64,000 nt of DNA from Candidatus Marinacidobacterales bacterium (lineage in GTDB: Bacteria > Acidobacteriota > Vicinamibacteria > Marinacidobacterales > SMYC01): positions 1-64,000 of the forward strand of contig CBDCYI010000009.1 in the NCBI GenBank assembly GCA_965224085.1, written 5' to 3'. Within the stretch, counting starts at the first letter, position 1. Every line of letters starts with the position of its first letter. Both the position numbers and the translations under genes were made by a program. The notes beneath the pieces were generated by a model that was given only the letters and a program-made list of their open reading frames with translations, ran no database searches and had not been told where the DNA came from. Shown here one piece after another: positions 1 to 10,076 of this stretch.

Positions 1-1418
1 TATGGCACAACGGGCTGGGAGACCGTATGGAAACGCCCCACCTACCAGCTGGTAATACGAATTTTGCAGGACCCGATCCACGCGGGCGCCTACACCTACG
101 GCAAGACCGAAGTAACGACTGAGTTTGAGAGTGGAGTCGCTCGCAAGAAAATCAGGCGAAAACCGAAAGAAGAGTGGCTTGCTTTGCTCTACGATCACCA
201 TGAGAGCTATATTGCTCGCGAAGAGTTTGAGCGGATCCAAGAGATGATCTCAAACAACGCTCAATGGCCGAACGGCCCTGGACCTGGAGCAGCAAAAAAG
301 GGCGAGCGCTCCTGTCGGGCTTGCTGCGGTGCGGGCGTTGCGGCCGCAAGCTGATGGTGGTCTACACGGGCCGGAACTGCGACGTTGCGCGCTACATGTG
401 TGGTCGGGGAGCGCTGAACAATGCGGAAGCTCGTTGTATCAGTTTCGGAAGTCAGCCAGTAGACGATGCTGTAGCCGGTGAAGTGCTCCGGGTGATCGAG
501 CCTGGTGCCATAGAGGCAGCGATGCTCGCACAGCGAGAAGTTGCTTGCGAGCAGGATGACGTCGTCGAAGCGCTGCGTCTGGACCTCGAGGCAGCACGCT
601 ACACAGCGGAGCGCTCTTGGAAACAATACGATACCGCTGACCCAGCAAACCGCCTGGTGGTTGATGAGCTGGAAAGACGGTGGAATATCGCACTCGAAAA
701 ATTTCAAGAGCTCGAAGATAGGATCACGCAACAGGAAGCTCAGCGAAAGCAAGTGGTGGCGCCGGACCTGAAGGTTTTCGAACAGCTAGCCGAAGATCTC
801 GGTCGCGTATGGAGTGATCCAGAGACGGACGTCCGGCTGAAGAAACGCATCGTTCGTGCGCTGATTGAAGAGGTGATTGTCGACATCGACCGAACAATCG
901 GTGAAACCTCACTCGTGATTCATTGGAAAGGCGGCACGCACACTGAATTGCGCGTACCGATTCGTCGCCGCGGGCAAAACAGTCTCCATACGTCAAAGGA
1001 CATCGTCGATGCGGTACGAACTCTGACGCTGGTTTGTACTGATGATGTCGTAGCAGCTTACCTGAACCGTAACGGCCTACTCACCGGTCGTGGAAACCGC
1101 TGGACCCGAGAGAGAGTTGTTTCCCTTCGAAATAAGCGCGGGATCGCTAAGTATTCACCCCGACGGCAAGAGGCAGAAGGCTGGATGACCCTAACTCAAG
1201 CGGCCGCCTATCTTGGCGTCTCTGGCAGCGCCCTCCGGCACAGGGTCGAACGAGGTGAGCTGAAAGCCATGCATCCGCTGCCTGATGGACCTTGGGTTCT
1301 TAATAGGCAACAACTTGATCAACCGGGTGTTCGCAAGGTTATCGAGAGGATCCGTCAGAATCGGAACCCCGCATCGCAATCACTCGAACAACGAACCCTT
1401 TTTGAAACAACAACATGA
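1..1418 (+). CDS. Large serine recombinase, C-terminal part (recombinase domain, Zn ribbon, HTH); 5' end lies outside the window; -1 frameshift near 295-303
   Basis: Frame 1 reads ...ILQDPIHAGAYTYG...HHESYI...; the ORF 264-1418 frame continues RALLSGLLRCGRCGRKL...YMC...C...DPANRLVVDELERRWN, motifs typical of large serine recombinases. Confidence 0.85.
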
Positions 1419-2001
1419 CATGATGAGGCAGTATGAAACGTCATTCTAGTGCACTACGTATTCGGTTATCGCTGTCCGCAGGTGTCGCTCACTGAGAGGT
1501 ACGAAGCGGTCGAGACACTCTCGACGTATAGAGAGAACGAATCTTTCCGCATATGCGTTCAGATTCGGACTATTAGCGGGAAGGCGAAGGGGCTTCACGC
1601 CTGAATCTCTCAACAGCCCACGTACCGCCTCGGTGAATAGCGGGTCCCGGTCGTGGATGAGGTATCGCTTGCCAAGGAGGAAACCATCCCACATGTCAGT
1701 GAGGTTTCTTGCCACCTGCTTCATCCACTCCCCGTTGGGGTCCGAGGTCATCCCACCGATGCACACGCAGCGAGTGGCGATATCGATGACAAACAGGACA
1801 TGGTAGCGGACGAGCCCGAACGGGTTCACAACCTCGACGGTGAACAGGTCTGTCGCAGCGATGGTGCCCCAATGAGCCTTGATGAAGGTGCTCCACGACA
1901 TGCTCCTGCCCCGCTCCGGCGCAGGCGCGATACCGTGCTCGGCGAGGAGCCTCTTGATAGTGTTGCGTCCGAGTTCATGTCCGAGGTTCTTGAGTGCGCC
2001 C

Positions 2002-3358
2002 GATTCCCGTGGAAATAAGAATGGCGTAACCTCCGGTTAAGAAAAACCAAACCACGCCTGTAAAGGCGAGGAGGAGGATTACGCCATGAAGAAGCCTACC
2101 ACCATATCGAAGGAGTCTGTAAGCGAGTACCGGGAGTTCGTCCAACTTCGGCTGCGTAAGCGGGTACTGGAGGCGATCGAGGTCGTGCTCGAGGAAGAAG
2201 TCGACCAAGCGCTGGGGTGTCGTAGCTACGAGCGTGCGGAAGACCGCCGTGGGTATCGCAACGGAGCCGAAACCCGTCGCGTGACGACGTCGGTGGGAAC
2301 TCGCGAGCTCCGGGTGCCACGAGCCCGCGTGCGAGACGAGGAAACGGGAGAGACGACAGAGTTCAGGAGCGAGCTGTTGCCCCGGTATGCACGCCGGACT
2401 CGTGAGGTCGACGAGGCGATCTTGGGGACCTACTTGTCGGGCGCGAATAGCCGCCGGATCCGCAAAGCGCTGAAACCACTGCTCGGTGAGGAGCACCTAT
2501 CGAAGAGCGCGGTGTCTCGCGTGGTTAGTCGTCTGAAGGAGTGCTTCGAAGAATGGCAGAACCGTGCTCTCAGCGAGGAGGTCTATGCGATCGTTTACCT
2601 GGACGGCTTCCACATGAAAGTGCGGATGGCGAAGCGTGTGATCAGCGTACCCGTACTGGCCGCGCTCGGGATCGCGCCAGACGGGCAGAAACGTCTGTTG
2701 TCATTGCGTCTGGCGGTGAGCGAAGCCTCGACGCATTGGGGCTCCATGCTGGAGGGACTTCAGGCTCAAGGACTCCGGGCTCCCAAGCTAGTGATTAGCG
2801 ATGGCCACAAGGGGCTGACGAAAGCGCTCGAGAAGTGGCCGGGGTGCCGGGTGCAGCGATGTACCGAGCACAAGCGCGCCAACTTGCTCGAACATTGCCC
2901 GGCGCACGCACGCCGTGAGCTCCGGCGTGACTACAACCGGATCGTCTACGCCAAGAACGGGATCGATGCTCGCAAAGCCTATGACGAGCTCGTCGCCAAG
3001 TGGACGCCTCTCGCGCCGGCCGTCGTCCGAAGCCTAGAGGAGGCCGGTAATCAGCTGCTGACCTTCTACGAATTCCCTCGTGCCATGTGGAAATCGATTC
3101 GAACGACCAATGCTCTGGAGAATCTCAACCGCGAGTTTCGACGCCGGACGAAAACCCAAGCGTCGTTCTCCAGCGAGGAGTCCGCGGTCGCTTTGCTGTT
3201 TGGGCTTATCGCCTCTGGCCAGATTCAACTACGGCGCATCGACGGCTACCAAGGTCTGAGCGAGGTTCTCAAACACGCGGAGGTTGCCGCCTGATCTGAT
3301 ACCCTGATGACGGAGTGGAGGGCGCCGTTCTTTTTCCACGAACCTCGGGACACATCCG
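2002..3358 (+). mobile_element. IS256-family element; left IR partly lost
   Basis: Imperfect IRs CGTGGAAATAAGAATGGCG (~2007) and CGCCGTTCTTTTTCCACG (~3323-3340) flank the transposase. Confidence 0.85.
2086..3294 (+). CDS. IS256-family (Mutator) DDE transposase
   Basis: 402 aa; GYRNG, VPRAR, VYLDG, ISDGHKGL, QRC..H, RTTNALENLNREFRRR; strong RBS GAGGAGG. Confidence 0.93.
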   Translation: MKKPTTISKESVSEYREFVQLRLRKRVLEAIEVVLEEEVDQALGCRSYERAEDRRGYRNGAETRRVTTSVGTRELRVPRARVRDEETGETTEFRSELLPRYARRTREVDEAILGTYLSGANSRRIRKALKPLLGEEHLSKSAVSRVVSRLKECFEEWQNRALSEEVYAIVYLDGFHMKVRMAKRVISVPVLAALGIAPDGQKRLLSLRLAVSEASTHWGSMLEGLQAQGLRAPKLVISDGHKGLTKALEKWPGCRVQRCTEHKRANLLEHCPAHARRELRRDYNRIVYAKNGIDARKAYDELVAKWTPLAPAVVRSLEEAGNQLLTFYEFPRAMWKSIRTTNALENLNREFRRRTKTQASFSSEESAVALLFGLIASGQIQLRRIDGYQGLSEVLKHAEVAA

Positions 3359-3811
3359 ATGTCCTTCGCCGTCGGAGGTCGGCCTGGACTCCGGTTCTTG
3401 CTGCCATCGTACTTGGCTGCGATGAGGCAGCGGTACCAACGCAGAAGCGTAGCGGGTGTGGCAACGGACGCAATCTGGGCCAGCGCCTCGCGGCCCAAAG
3501 CCTGGGCCTTGACCGCGAGCCTGCGCCGCTCGTCGTCCGAGAGCCTGAGACGCTTGCCCCGAAGCCCGGCTCGGAGCACACGGTTCTCCTCTTGCAGGTA
3601 GTCGATCACATCCTGCTGCTGGCGGTTGACCCAGCCAGCTAGAACGAGCAGTAGGAATTGCACGTGGTACGTCATCATGGAGCTGAAGATAACACCCTCG
3701 GGCCAGACGATTGTAAAGCCTACGGCCCTTGGTCCGGTCGCAAACACAGACACTAAGCTGCTGATTTATGGCCTATTTCAAAAGGGCCGAGTTTTGGCAC
3801 AGGACGGGGTG

Positions 3812-3968
3812 GGCGTGAAGTCAAAATACTCATGCGACTTCCCGACGGTAGAAACGTAGCAACCCGCCACCGACGCAATAATGTGCTGGAGAAAGAACGC
3901 GTTGTTCGCCTCAAGAAGCTAGGTCAGTCAGGCGACGCGTGACAACCGGTAATCGTAATGGAGCCCCC
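3812..3968 (-). mobile_element. 3' remnant of a lineage-2 integrase element ending in an E-type end (GTGAAGTCAAAATACTCATGCG)
   Basis: 3866-3960 is similar to 5252-5345 (encodes GLHYDYRLSRVA*). Confidence 0.7.
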
Positions 3969-3971
3969 TCT

Positions 3972-4196
3972 CTACAGATCTAGCTCCATTTGCCAATCGG
4001 AGGAGGCGAGACGGTAGGCTGCGTACACCTGGGGAGCGCCGCAGACGTTGCACTCGCCGTGTTCCTCATGGCCCACTCTGCACTCCTGGTCAGCGCCGCA
4101 TACGAGACAAAACGCTGGAATGATGACTCCTCCCCTATCGTGCTCTATGGCGCAGTCGACCCGCTCGGCCGTGATGCTCTTGTGTATCCTCTCCAT
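3972..4196 (-). CDS. Small Zn-finger-like protein (CxxC...CxxC), phage/MGE-type
   Basis: AGGAGG RBS before ATG at 4196; FCLVCG...ECNVCGAPQVY. Confidence 0.6.
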   Translation of the reverse strand: MERIHKSITAERVDCAIEHDRGGVIIPAFCLVCGADQECRVGHEEHGECNVCGAPQVYAAYRLASSDWQMELDL

Positions 4197-4304
4197 ACAG
4201 CACCTCCTAGAGAGCAACGAGTATCGCGGGCGCCACCCGAAGTCAAGCCTAGAGGTATTTCTTGACGGCCCCGAGTTCGGTGGCAGCACCGGCGTAGTAG
4301 TGAG

Positions 4305-4421
4305 CCCATCCTGTGCCAAAACTCGGCTGTGCCTTCTATTTATTCATCCGCGCGCACCGAACTTGCTAAGCTGTTGATTTATGGTCTATTTCGAAAGATC
4401 CGAGTTTTGGCACAGGACGGC
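4305..4421. mobile_element. ~117-bp MITE with A-type inverted ends
   Basis: CCCATCCTGTGCCAAAACTCGG ... CCGAGTTTTGGCACAGGACGG. Confidence 0.8.
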
Positions 4422-4644
4422 ATCCCCTTGCTGGACGTTGTTTTCCCTGCGCGTACGGAGAACCCGAATCGCCGACATCGCCTCCGACACGCCCCAGATC
4501 TGGGGCTCGCCACGGGTCGATGACGATCGAAACGGCCCGGCGCGCCAGTCTTGAGTTCGTTTGTGTTTTTGGACAGGACGGGCTCAACTTCGAGCCAACT
4601 CCACCGGCGTGAGATAGCCGAGGGAGCTGTAAGGTCGAACGGCG

Positions 4645-4993
4645 TCAATGCGGGCAGCCTGAGCCTTGAGTCTCGCTCGTGCCAAGTTCCGCAGTGCGCG
4701 CGTTGGTGATCGTCGGCTCCGCCGCCAATCGCCTCCGCCAGTCCGCCACAACGTCCGGTTCGACACCGAGCGCCAACGCGGCCGCTTCGTCAATGATTTG
4801 CCGGACTTCACACTCCTCGGCCTGCCGCATCGGAAGCAACTCCTCGTCGCAGGTCAGATCAAAAGCGTCCTTCAATGCATCCCAAGCTGGGTTGTCCTGC
4901 TTCGGAATACGGATTTCGCGAAGGTGCGCAAGCTGCCATACGGGATAAGTCAGCTTTCGACCTCGGCGGTTAAGCAGCATTAGTCGCGTCACT
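4645..4993 (-). pseudogene. C-terminal gene fragment, possibly from a restriction-modification/DNA methyltransferase; 5' end cut at an A-type end
   Basis: Protein-like open frame (LMLLNRRGRKLTYP...RQIIDEAAALALG...LAAEPTI) starts at the element boundary. Confidence 0.4.
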
Positions 4994-5312
4994 GTCGTCC
5001 TGTGCCAAAACTCGGCCCTTTTCAAATAGACCGGAAATCAGCAGCTTAGACGCCCTTGGAATCCGTACAGAATCCAGGGTGTTTCGCGCCGCAGGGTTGG
5101 CTTCCGACCCCTGGGCTGCGGGTGGCGGGCGACAGGCCTTGTGCTCCGCAAAAAAGAAGATCGCGTATTGACGGGCAGACAGCCATGGGAGTTGAGGTCC
5201 CGCGAACTCGTGTTCGCCTCGGTGTAAGTTCTGCACTCTGTCGCTGCTGGGCCACCGACGCAATAACGTGCTTGAGAAAGAACGCGTTGTTCCCCGCGAG
5301 AAGCTAGGTCCG

Positions 5313-6948
5313 TCAGGCGACGCGTGACAACCGGTAATCGTGATGAAGCCCACCAAGGACCGACCTCGAGGCAACGGCGCGCTGGGCGGGTAATTGATGC
5401 CGGTGCTGGTCCGGTTTCATCGGAAGCTCGATACAGGGGGTGGGAAGGCCTGGCCCGAGCGATGAATGCGGTCTCGCCCGATTGTAGTAGTCACGCCATT
5501 CGGTCAAGAGTCGGCGGAGATGTTCCTCTGACAGCGGTATCAGAAAATCCAAGCACTCCCGGCGTCTGGTGCCGATGAGTCTCTCACAATAGGCATTCGC
5601 CTGCGGTGCTCTGCGCGGCGTCCTCAACGGCCGAACACCCATCCCCCGGACGGAGCGGCGGAGGTCTGCTGAGAACTTGTTATCGCGGTCCACGATGACG
5701 AATCGATAGTCGTGCTCGCACCCAATCGCCTCCAGGAACTGTTGCAGCGTCCACTCCGCGGTCGGATGCGCCGTCACGTTGAAGTGAAGCATCTTGCGGG
5801 TGCCGATTTCCATGATGACGAAGACGTAAAGCACACGAAAGCTGACGGTGACTACGTTGAAAAAATCCGCAGCGACGACCGCTTTTGCGTGATTCCGCAC
5901 GAATGTCGCCCAGCGATGCGATGCATTGCGCCGGTCCGGGCTGCCGTCATCTCGAATGGGTATGTACTTCCGAACGGTGCGCGGCGAGACGCAGACGCCA
6001 AGCTTGACGAGCAGCTCGTTGGCGATCCTCTCTTCGCCCCACGTGATGTTCGCGACCGCCATTTCAGCGATTAGTGTCTCTTCCGGGGATGGTCGAAACC
6101 CCTCGCCTTTAGGCGAAGAGAAGATCGTGGTATTGTGGTCGCGTGCGTCACTACAGGCACGGAGCGCACACGAAAACGGACCTAAAAGCGCACATCGTTT
6201 GGATACCGAAATATCGTAAAAAGGTTTTGATCGGTCCAGTAGCGGTTCGTGTGCGCGATCTGATTCGTCAGATCGCGATGGAACATGAGCTGCACATAAT
6301 CTCGGGTAAGGTTGCACGCGACCACGTCCACGTGTTCGTATCCTACCGACCACACCAGGACCTTGAGTACGATCGTGCAGTGGCTAAAAGGAATAAGCTC
6401 CCGAGTACTCCTTCAGGAGTTTGCTCACCTGAGGAAGAAGTTTTGGGGCCGGCACTTCTGGGCCCGAGGATATCTGGCGGTGAGTTCAGGAAGCATAACG
6501 GACGAGATGGTAAAGGAGTACATAGACTCCCAGGATGGCGAGCCTCTTCACGACGACAGTCAATTTCCAATTGACAGCCCTTGAAGCCACCGCCTTCTAG
6601 GCGGTGGTTGTTCACTTTTTTCAGCTCCTCTGGCAGCGTTGGACGTCCTTTTGGCCTAGACTTCCAACGCCAGAACAGCCGAAACCCTTTCCTGTGCCAC
6701 AGAACGAGCGTATCGGGCTTGACCACGATAAGGGCTTCCTTCCAGTCGAATATCCTCGCGAGAGTCGCCATCGTGACCCGTGTGGCGTTATTCGTGCGCC
6801 GAGGCGCCTGCTTACGCTCGACAAAGAACGTAAGCTGCTTCCGAAGGAAAAGATTCTCTGCGGCGAGGGCGCTGCGCGAGCGGCATAGGTTGCGAGCGAA
6901 CGCGATGGCGTCCAGAACAATAGACCGGATATTCGAAAACAGTCGCAC
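5313..6948 (-). pseudogene. rve/integrase-core transposase (lineage 2) interrupted by IS200
   Basis: Removing 6075-6615 restores ...PTLPEELKK|LIAEMAVAN... in frame; motifs ADFF, DRDNKF, ANAYCERLIG, GGLHHDY. Confidence 0.9.
6075..6615 (+). mobile_element. tnpA: IS200-type element (tnpA only), copy 1; tnpA 6143-6584 is frameshifted by one extra T near 6363
   Basis: HUH motif DHVH and catalytic Tyr (VKEYI); subterminal hairpins; inserted after TTAG, ends in TCAC, no TSD. Confidence 0.92.
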
Positions 6949-7116
6949 GAGCGAGCCTCTCCACGTTCCTAAGACGCCGGTGGCGTCGTCGGGTCGACCG
7001 GCACGAAGCAGCCGAGCATGGCAGGTCTAAACCGCGCAATCAACGCCGGATCGACTTTTTTTTGCGGAGCACAGCCTCTTTTCTGCTGCCGCACGGCCTG
7101 CTCAGCGCCCGCTCCC

Positions 7117-7499
7117 CTATTTGGCGCGCGTCGGCACCCGAAGGCGATGTCCGATTCGGATTGTGGTCTTACGCCCCATGTTGTTGGCGGCCTGGATCGC
7201 TCGGACGCTCGTGCCGTACTTGCTCGCGAGGCCCAAGAGGGTGTCGCCGCGCGACACCTTGTGGGTGGCGTAGGTTGGATTGGGCGGCGATGGTCTCACC
7301 TTGAGCACCGTACCGGGCCGAAGCGTCTCGTCCCAGAACAAGTTGTTGTCCCGGATGATCCGCCACGGCTGAGACTTCATCACCTTGGCCACCGACCTCA
7401 GGGTGTCACCCGGCTTCGTCTCGTACTCGTTGTACTTTCCCTTCCAGGTCAGCGGAATCTGTAGCACTTGGTCGGCCGGAAGTGTCTGCAGGCGCCAGA
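7117..7499 (-). pseudogene. Two-LysM-domain C-terminal fragment, truncated at an A-type end
   Basis: YETKPGDTLRSVAK and HKVSRGDTLLGLASKYGTSVRAIQAANN. Confidence 0.8.
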
Positions 7500-7500
7500 C

Positions 7501-7740
7501 CCCGTCCTGTGCCAAAACTCGGCCTTTTGAAACAGACCATAATATCAGCAGCTTAGTGTCTGTGTTTGCGACCGGGTCAAGAGCCGTGCTTCGGCTACCC
7601 CGTCCTGTGCCAAAACTCTGTCCTTTTGAAATAGACCATAAATCAGCAGCTTAGTGTCTGTGTTTGCGACCGAGCCAAGGGCCGTGGGCTTTACAATCGT
7701 CTGGCCCAAGGGTGTAATCTTCAGATCCATGATGACGTAC
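7501..7740 (+). repeat. Two tandem A+B1 left ends of the lineage-1 element; the second includes the first codons MMTY
   Basis: Near-identical to the reverse complement of 3667-3808. Confidence 0.85.
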
Positions 7741-7805
7741 TACTCGTCGTCGTGAAACGGCCAATCCTGGCAGGTCTAAACTCGGAATGGCACCGAAGTC
7801 AGGAC

Positions 7806-7996
7806 CGCGTCGTGTCCAAAAATACAAACGAACTCAAGACCCGCGTCGCAAGCCGGACGGAACGGATGGTCCGGAGGAAGGCTGTGCTCGGGCCCGCCTA
7901 TCGCAGAGCCAATGCCGCGTCGGCGGGTCTCCACGAATTTCGAAAACACCTCTAGGATTCCAGCTTTCGGCTCCGTTCGCGGTTTTGGACACGACG
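7806..7996. mobile_element. MITE with D-type inverted ends
   Basis: CGTCGTGTCCAAAA ... TTTTGGACACGACG. Confidence 0.7.
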
Positions 7997-8200
7997 CTGA
8001 TTAGGCATAGTGGCCTCCTATTAACTCCTCTGTTAGAATAGTTTAGGGGAGGCAGCCCGAGGGTGAGCGGCACTAAGGAAACGAGCGCCAAGGCGATCGT
8101 CGAGAAACTGACCTAGGCCGACAGACCGGAGATTAATCGCGTTCGGTGCGCGCGGATGAATAAATAGAAGGCACAGCCGAGTTTTGGCACAGGACGCGGT

Positions 8201-8252
8201 CAAACCTCTGCGAGTCACCCCGGCAGAGCCGGGGGTTTACCTGTGATAATTA
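8201..8252. repeat. Orphan IS200/IS605-like end hairpin
   Basis: CCCCGGCAGAGCCGGGGGTTTAC stem-loop resembling Y1-transposon subterminal hairpins. Confidence 0.5.
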
Positions 8253-8446
8253 CAGCCAAAATAGCGCTCGCGACCTTCGCCGCGCGCAAATGGAGCGTAA
8301 GCGATTTTTTTGCAAAGGGATACGTACACATCACCAACAGCAAACAGCGCAAGCACCGTGCCATGGCGGCATTCTTGCACACGTGAGCGTGGTTTGCCTA
8401 TAGTGCTGTCGCGTGCTCCATACCGCGCTAGGAGGAAAACATCTAA

Positions 8447-9163
8447 ATGAGCAAAGATAACTGGAGTGATCTTGCGTCGGCGCTCAACTCCAAGCTAAAA
8501 CTGCAAGCCACACCTATTGCCATCACCTTTTCCAACGACTTCCAAGGAGTTCCGCCATTCGAGGGACCGACCCCGGCGCCGATGCCCGATGGGCGGACTG
8601 GCAAGGTCCCTGCGGGCTGCGTTTTCTGGATGAAGGCAACGGACCGTACGTTCAGCACCGTCGCCGAAGATCACGGCAATTGCAGTGTCGGAAGCTTGAC
8701 GCACGGCCTCAAGACAATGGACGAAGTAGCCGGCAATAGCGACGTGGCTGCGCTCCTAGATAGCGGATGGGTCACGATGGATGTCGTCCCGCAAATCCCG
8801 GTGGTCAAGACCAAGTACCGCTACATTACCTACGGACCGCTCGTGGAGAGCTCGGATCCGGACGTGGTCGTCGTTCGCCTCAACGCAACACAACTTATGG
8901 TCCTTCATGACGCAATCCCCGGTCTTCGCTTCGAGGGAAAACCCCAGTGTCACATCGTCGCCATCGCCAAGGAGCAAGGTGAAATCGCGGCCAGTGTCGG
9001 GTGCATGCTAAGCCGGGTCCGTACAGGGATGTCACCCAGCGAAGTGACGTGCGCGATCCCGGCCTCCAAGCTGGGCGACGTCATCGAGGCGCTCGATTCC
9101 ACTTGCGTGGCGGACGGCAAGGTGGCGACGTACGCTGCAGAAGATGGGAAGCGATTCGCCTAG
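8447..9163 (+). CDS. DUF169-family protein
   Basis: 238 aa; GCVFW, DHGNCSVG, DPDVVVV, PQCH, SVGCMLSR; AGGAGG RBS. Confidence 0.75.
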   Translation: MSKDNWSDLASALNSKLKLQATPIAITFSNDFQGVPPFEGPTPAPMPDGRTGKVPAGCVFWMKATDRTFSTVAEDHGNCSVGSLTHGLKTMDEVAGNSDVAALLDSGWVTMDVVPQIPVVKTKYRYITYGPLVESSDPDVVVVRLNATQLMVLHDAIPGLRFEGKPQCHIVAIAKEQGEIAASVGCMLSRVRTGMSPSEVTCAIPASKLGDVIEALDSTCVADGKVATYAAEDGKRFA

Positions 9164-9367
9164 GACCCTAAGTCGGTCAAACCCCGTGAGGTCAAAATAC
9201 TCATGCGCGTCGCGTCCAAAAATACAAACGAACTCAAGACCGGCTTGCCGGGACGTTTCGGAATAGACGTGTCTACGCTTGGTTCGCAGCACTTGAATGA
9301 CCGGGTTGATTTCCGGGATTGCAGGCTAGCGTAATCTCTAAACAGACAGCGAGGAGAGGAGAGACAA

Positions 9368-9889
9368 ATGCAGCCACTTTACGATCCCGAGGGTGTTCGG
9401 CCCATGTGGGAGGAGCTTGCCCAATGCGGGGTCGAGCCCGTGCAAACAAGAGAGAACGTCGACGAGGCCTTGAAGAGGCCTGGGACAACGCTCGTGGTGG
9501 TGAACTCGGTTTGTGGATGTGCTGCCGGCTCGGCGCGCCCGGGTGTGACTCGCGCCCTGCAACACAGCACAATTCCCGATCACCTCACGACGGTCTTCGC
9601 CGGCGTGGACCGTGAGGCCACGGAGCGCGCCAGAGAGCACATGGTCGGCGTTGCTCCGAGCTCACCTTCGGTGGCTCTTTTCAAAGACGGCGAGCTCGTG
9701 CACATGCTTGAGCGACGGCATATAGAGATGATGAACGACGAGATGGTGGCGCAGAACCTGACCGAGGCTTTCGACAAGTACTGCTCTCGACAGGGACCGT
9801 CCGTCCTCAGAGAAGAGTACGAGAAGGTGGTGCACGCCCGGCAGTGTGGCTCCTCGGTGCCGCTGTTCGATCCCCTCTCAAACCACTAG
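9368..9889 (+). CDS. BrxA/BrxB-family bacilliredoxin (YphP/YqiW)
   Basis: VNSVCGCAAGSARP, TVFAGVD, PSSPSVALFKDG motifs. Confidence 0.9.
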   Translation: MQPLYDPEGVRPMWEELAQCGVEPVQTRENVDEALKRPGTTLVVVNSVCGCAAGSARPGVTRALQHSTIPDHLTTVFAGVDREATERAREHMVGVAPSSPSVALFKDGELVHMLERRHIEMMNDEMVAQNLTEAFDKYCSRQGPSVLREEYEKVVHARQCGSSVPLFDPLSNH

Positions 9890-10076
9890 CAGGCGCTCTT
9901 CTCCCCGGCAAAGTCCAGTCCATCGGGATTGTCTACGCGTTGGCGCTGCTGCGAACTGCCCGCTAGCGGTGCGGGTAAAGCTCCGTTCGGAACCGGAGAC
10001 GCGCCGGCGTCGGCTCTACTCAGGGGTAGAGGTGTAAGCTGGTGCGAAGTCCGGCAGCCGTTCCGAGCGGACCGGC

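Larger units (their letters stand above)
1446..3678 (-). pseudogene. rve/integrase-core transposase (lineage 1), interrupted by IS256 and truncated at its 3' end by the recombinase element
   Basis: N-part 3359-3678 MMTYHVQFLLLVLAGWVNRQQQDVIDYLQEENRVL; C-part 1446-2001 with [32 protein letters not shown]. Confidence 0.85.
5140..7073 (-). mobile_element. Complete IS481-like element (lineage 2) with TGT...ACA terminal IRs
   Basis: TGTGCTCCGCAAAAAA at 5140 and TTTTTTGCGGAGCACA ending at 7073; GCCT on both flanks may be a 4-bp TSD. Confidence 0.8.

Noticed and set aside
6585-6615. tnpB/IscB or omega-RNA associated with IS200
   Set aside because: The element ends ~30 bp after tnpA in both copies and no RuvC nuclease ORF is present
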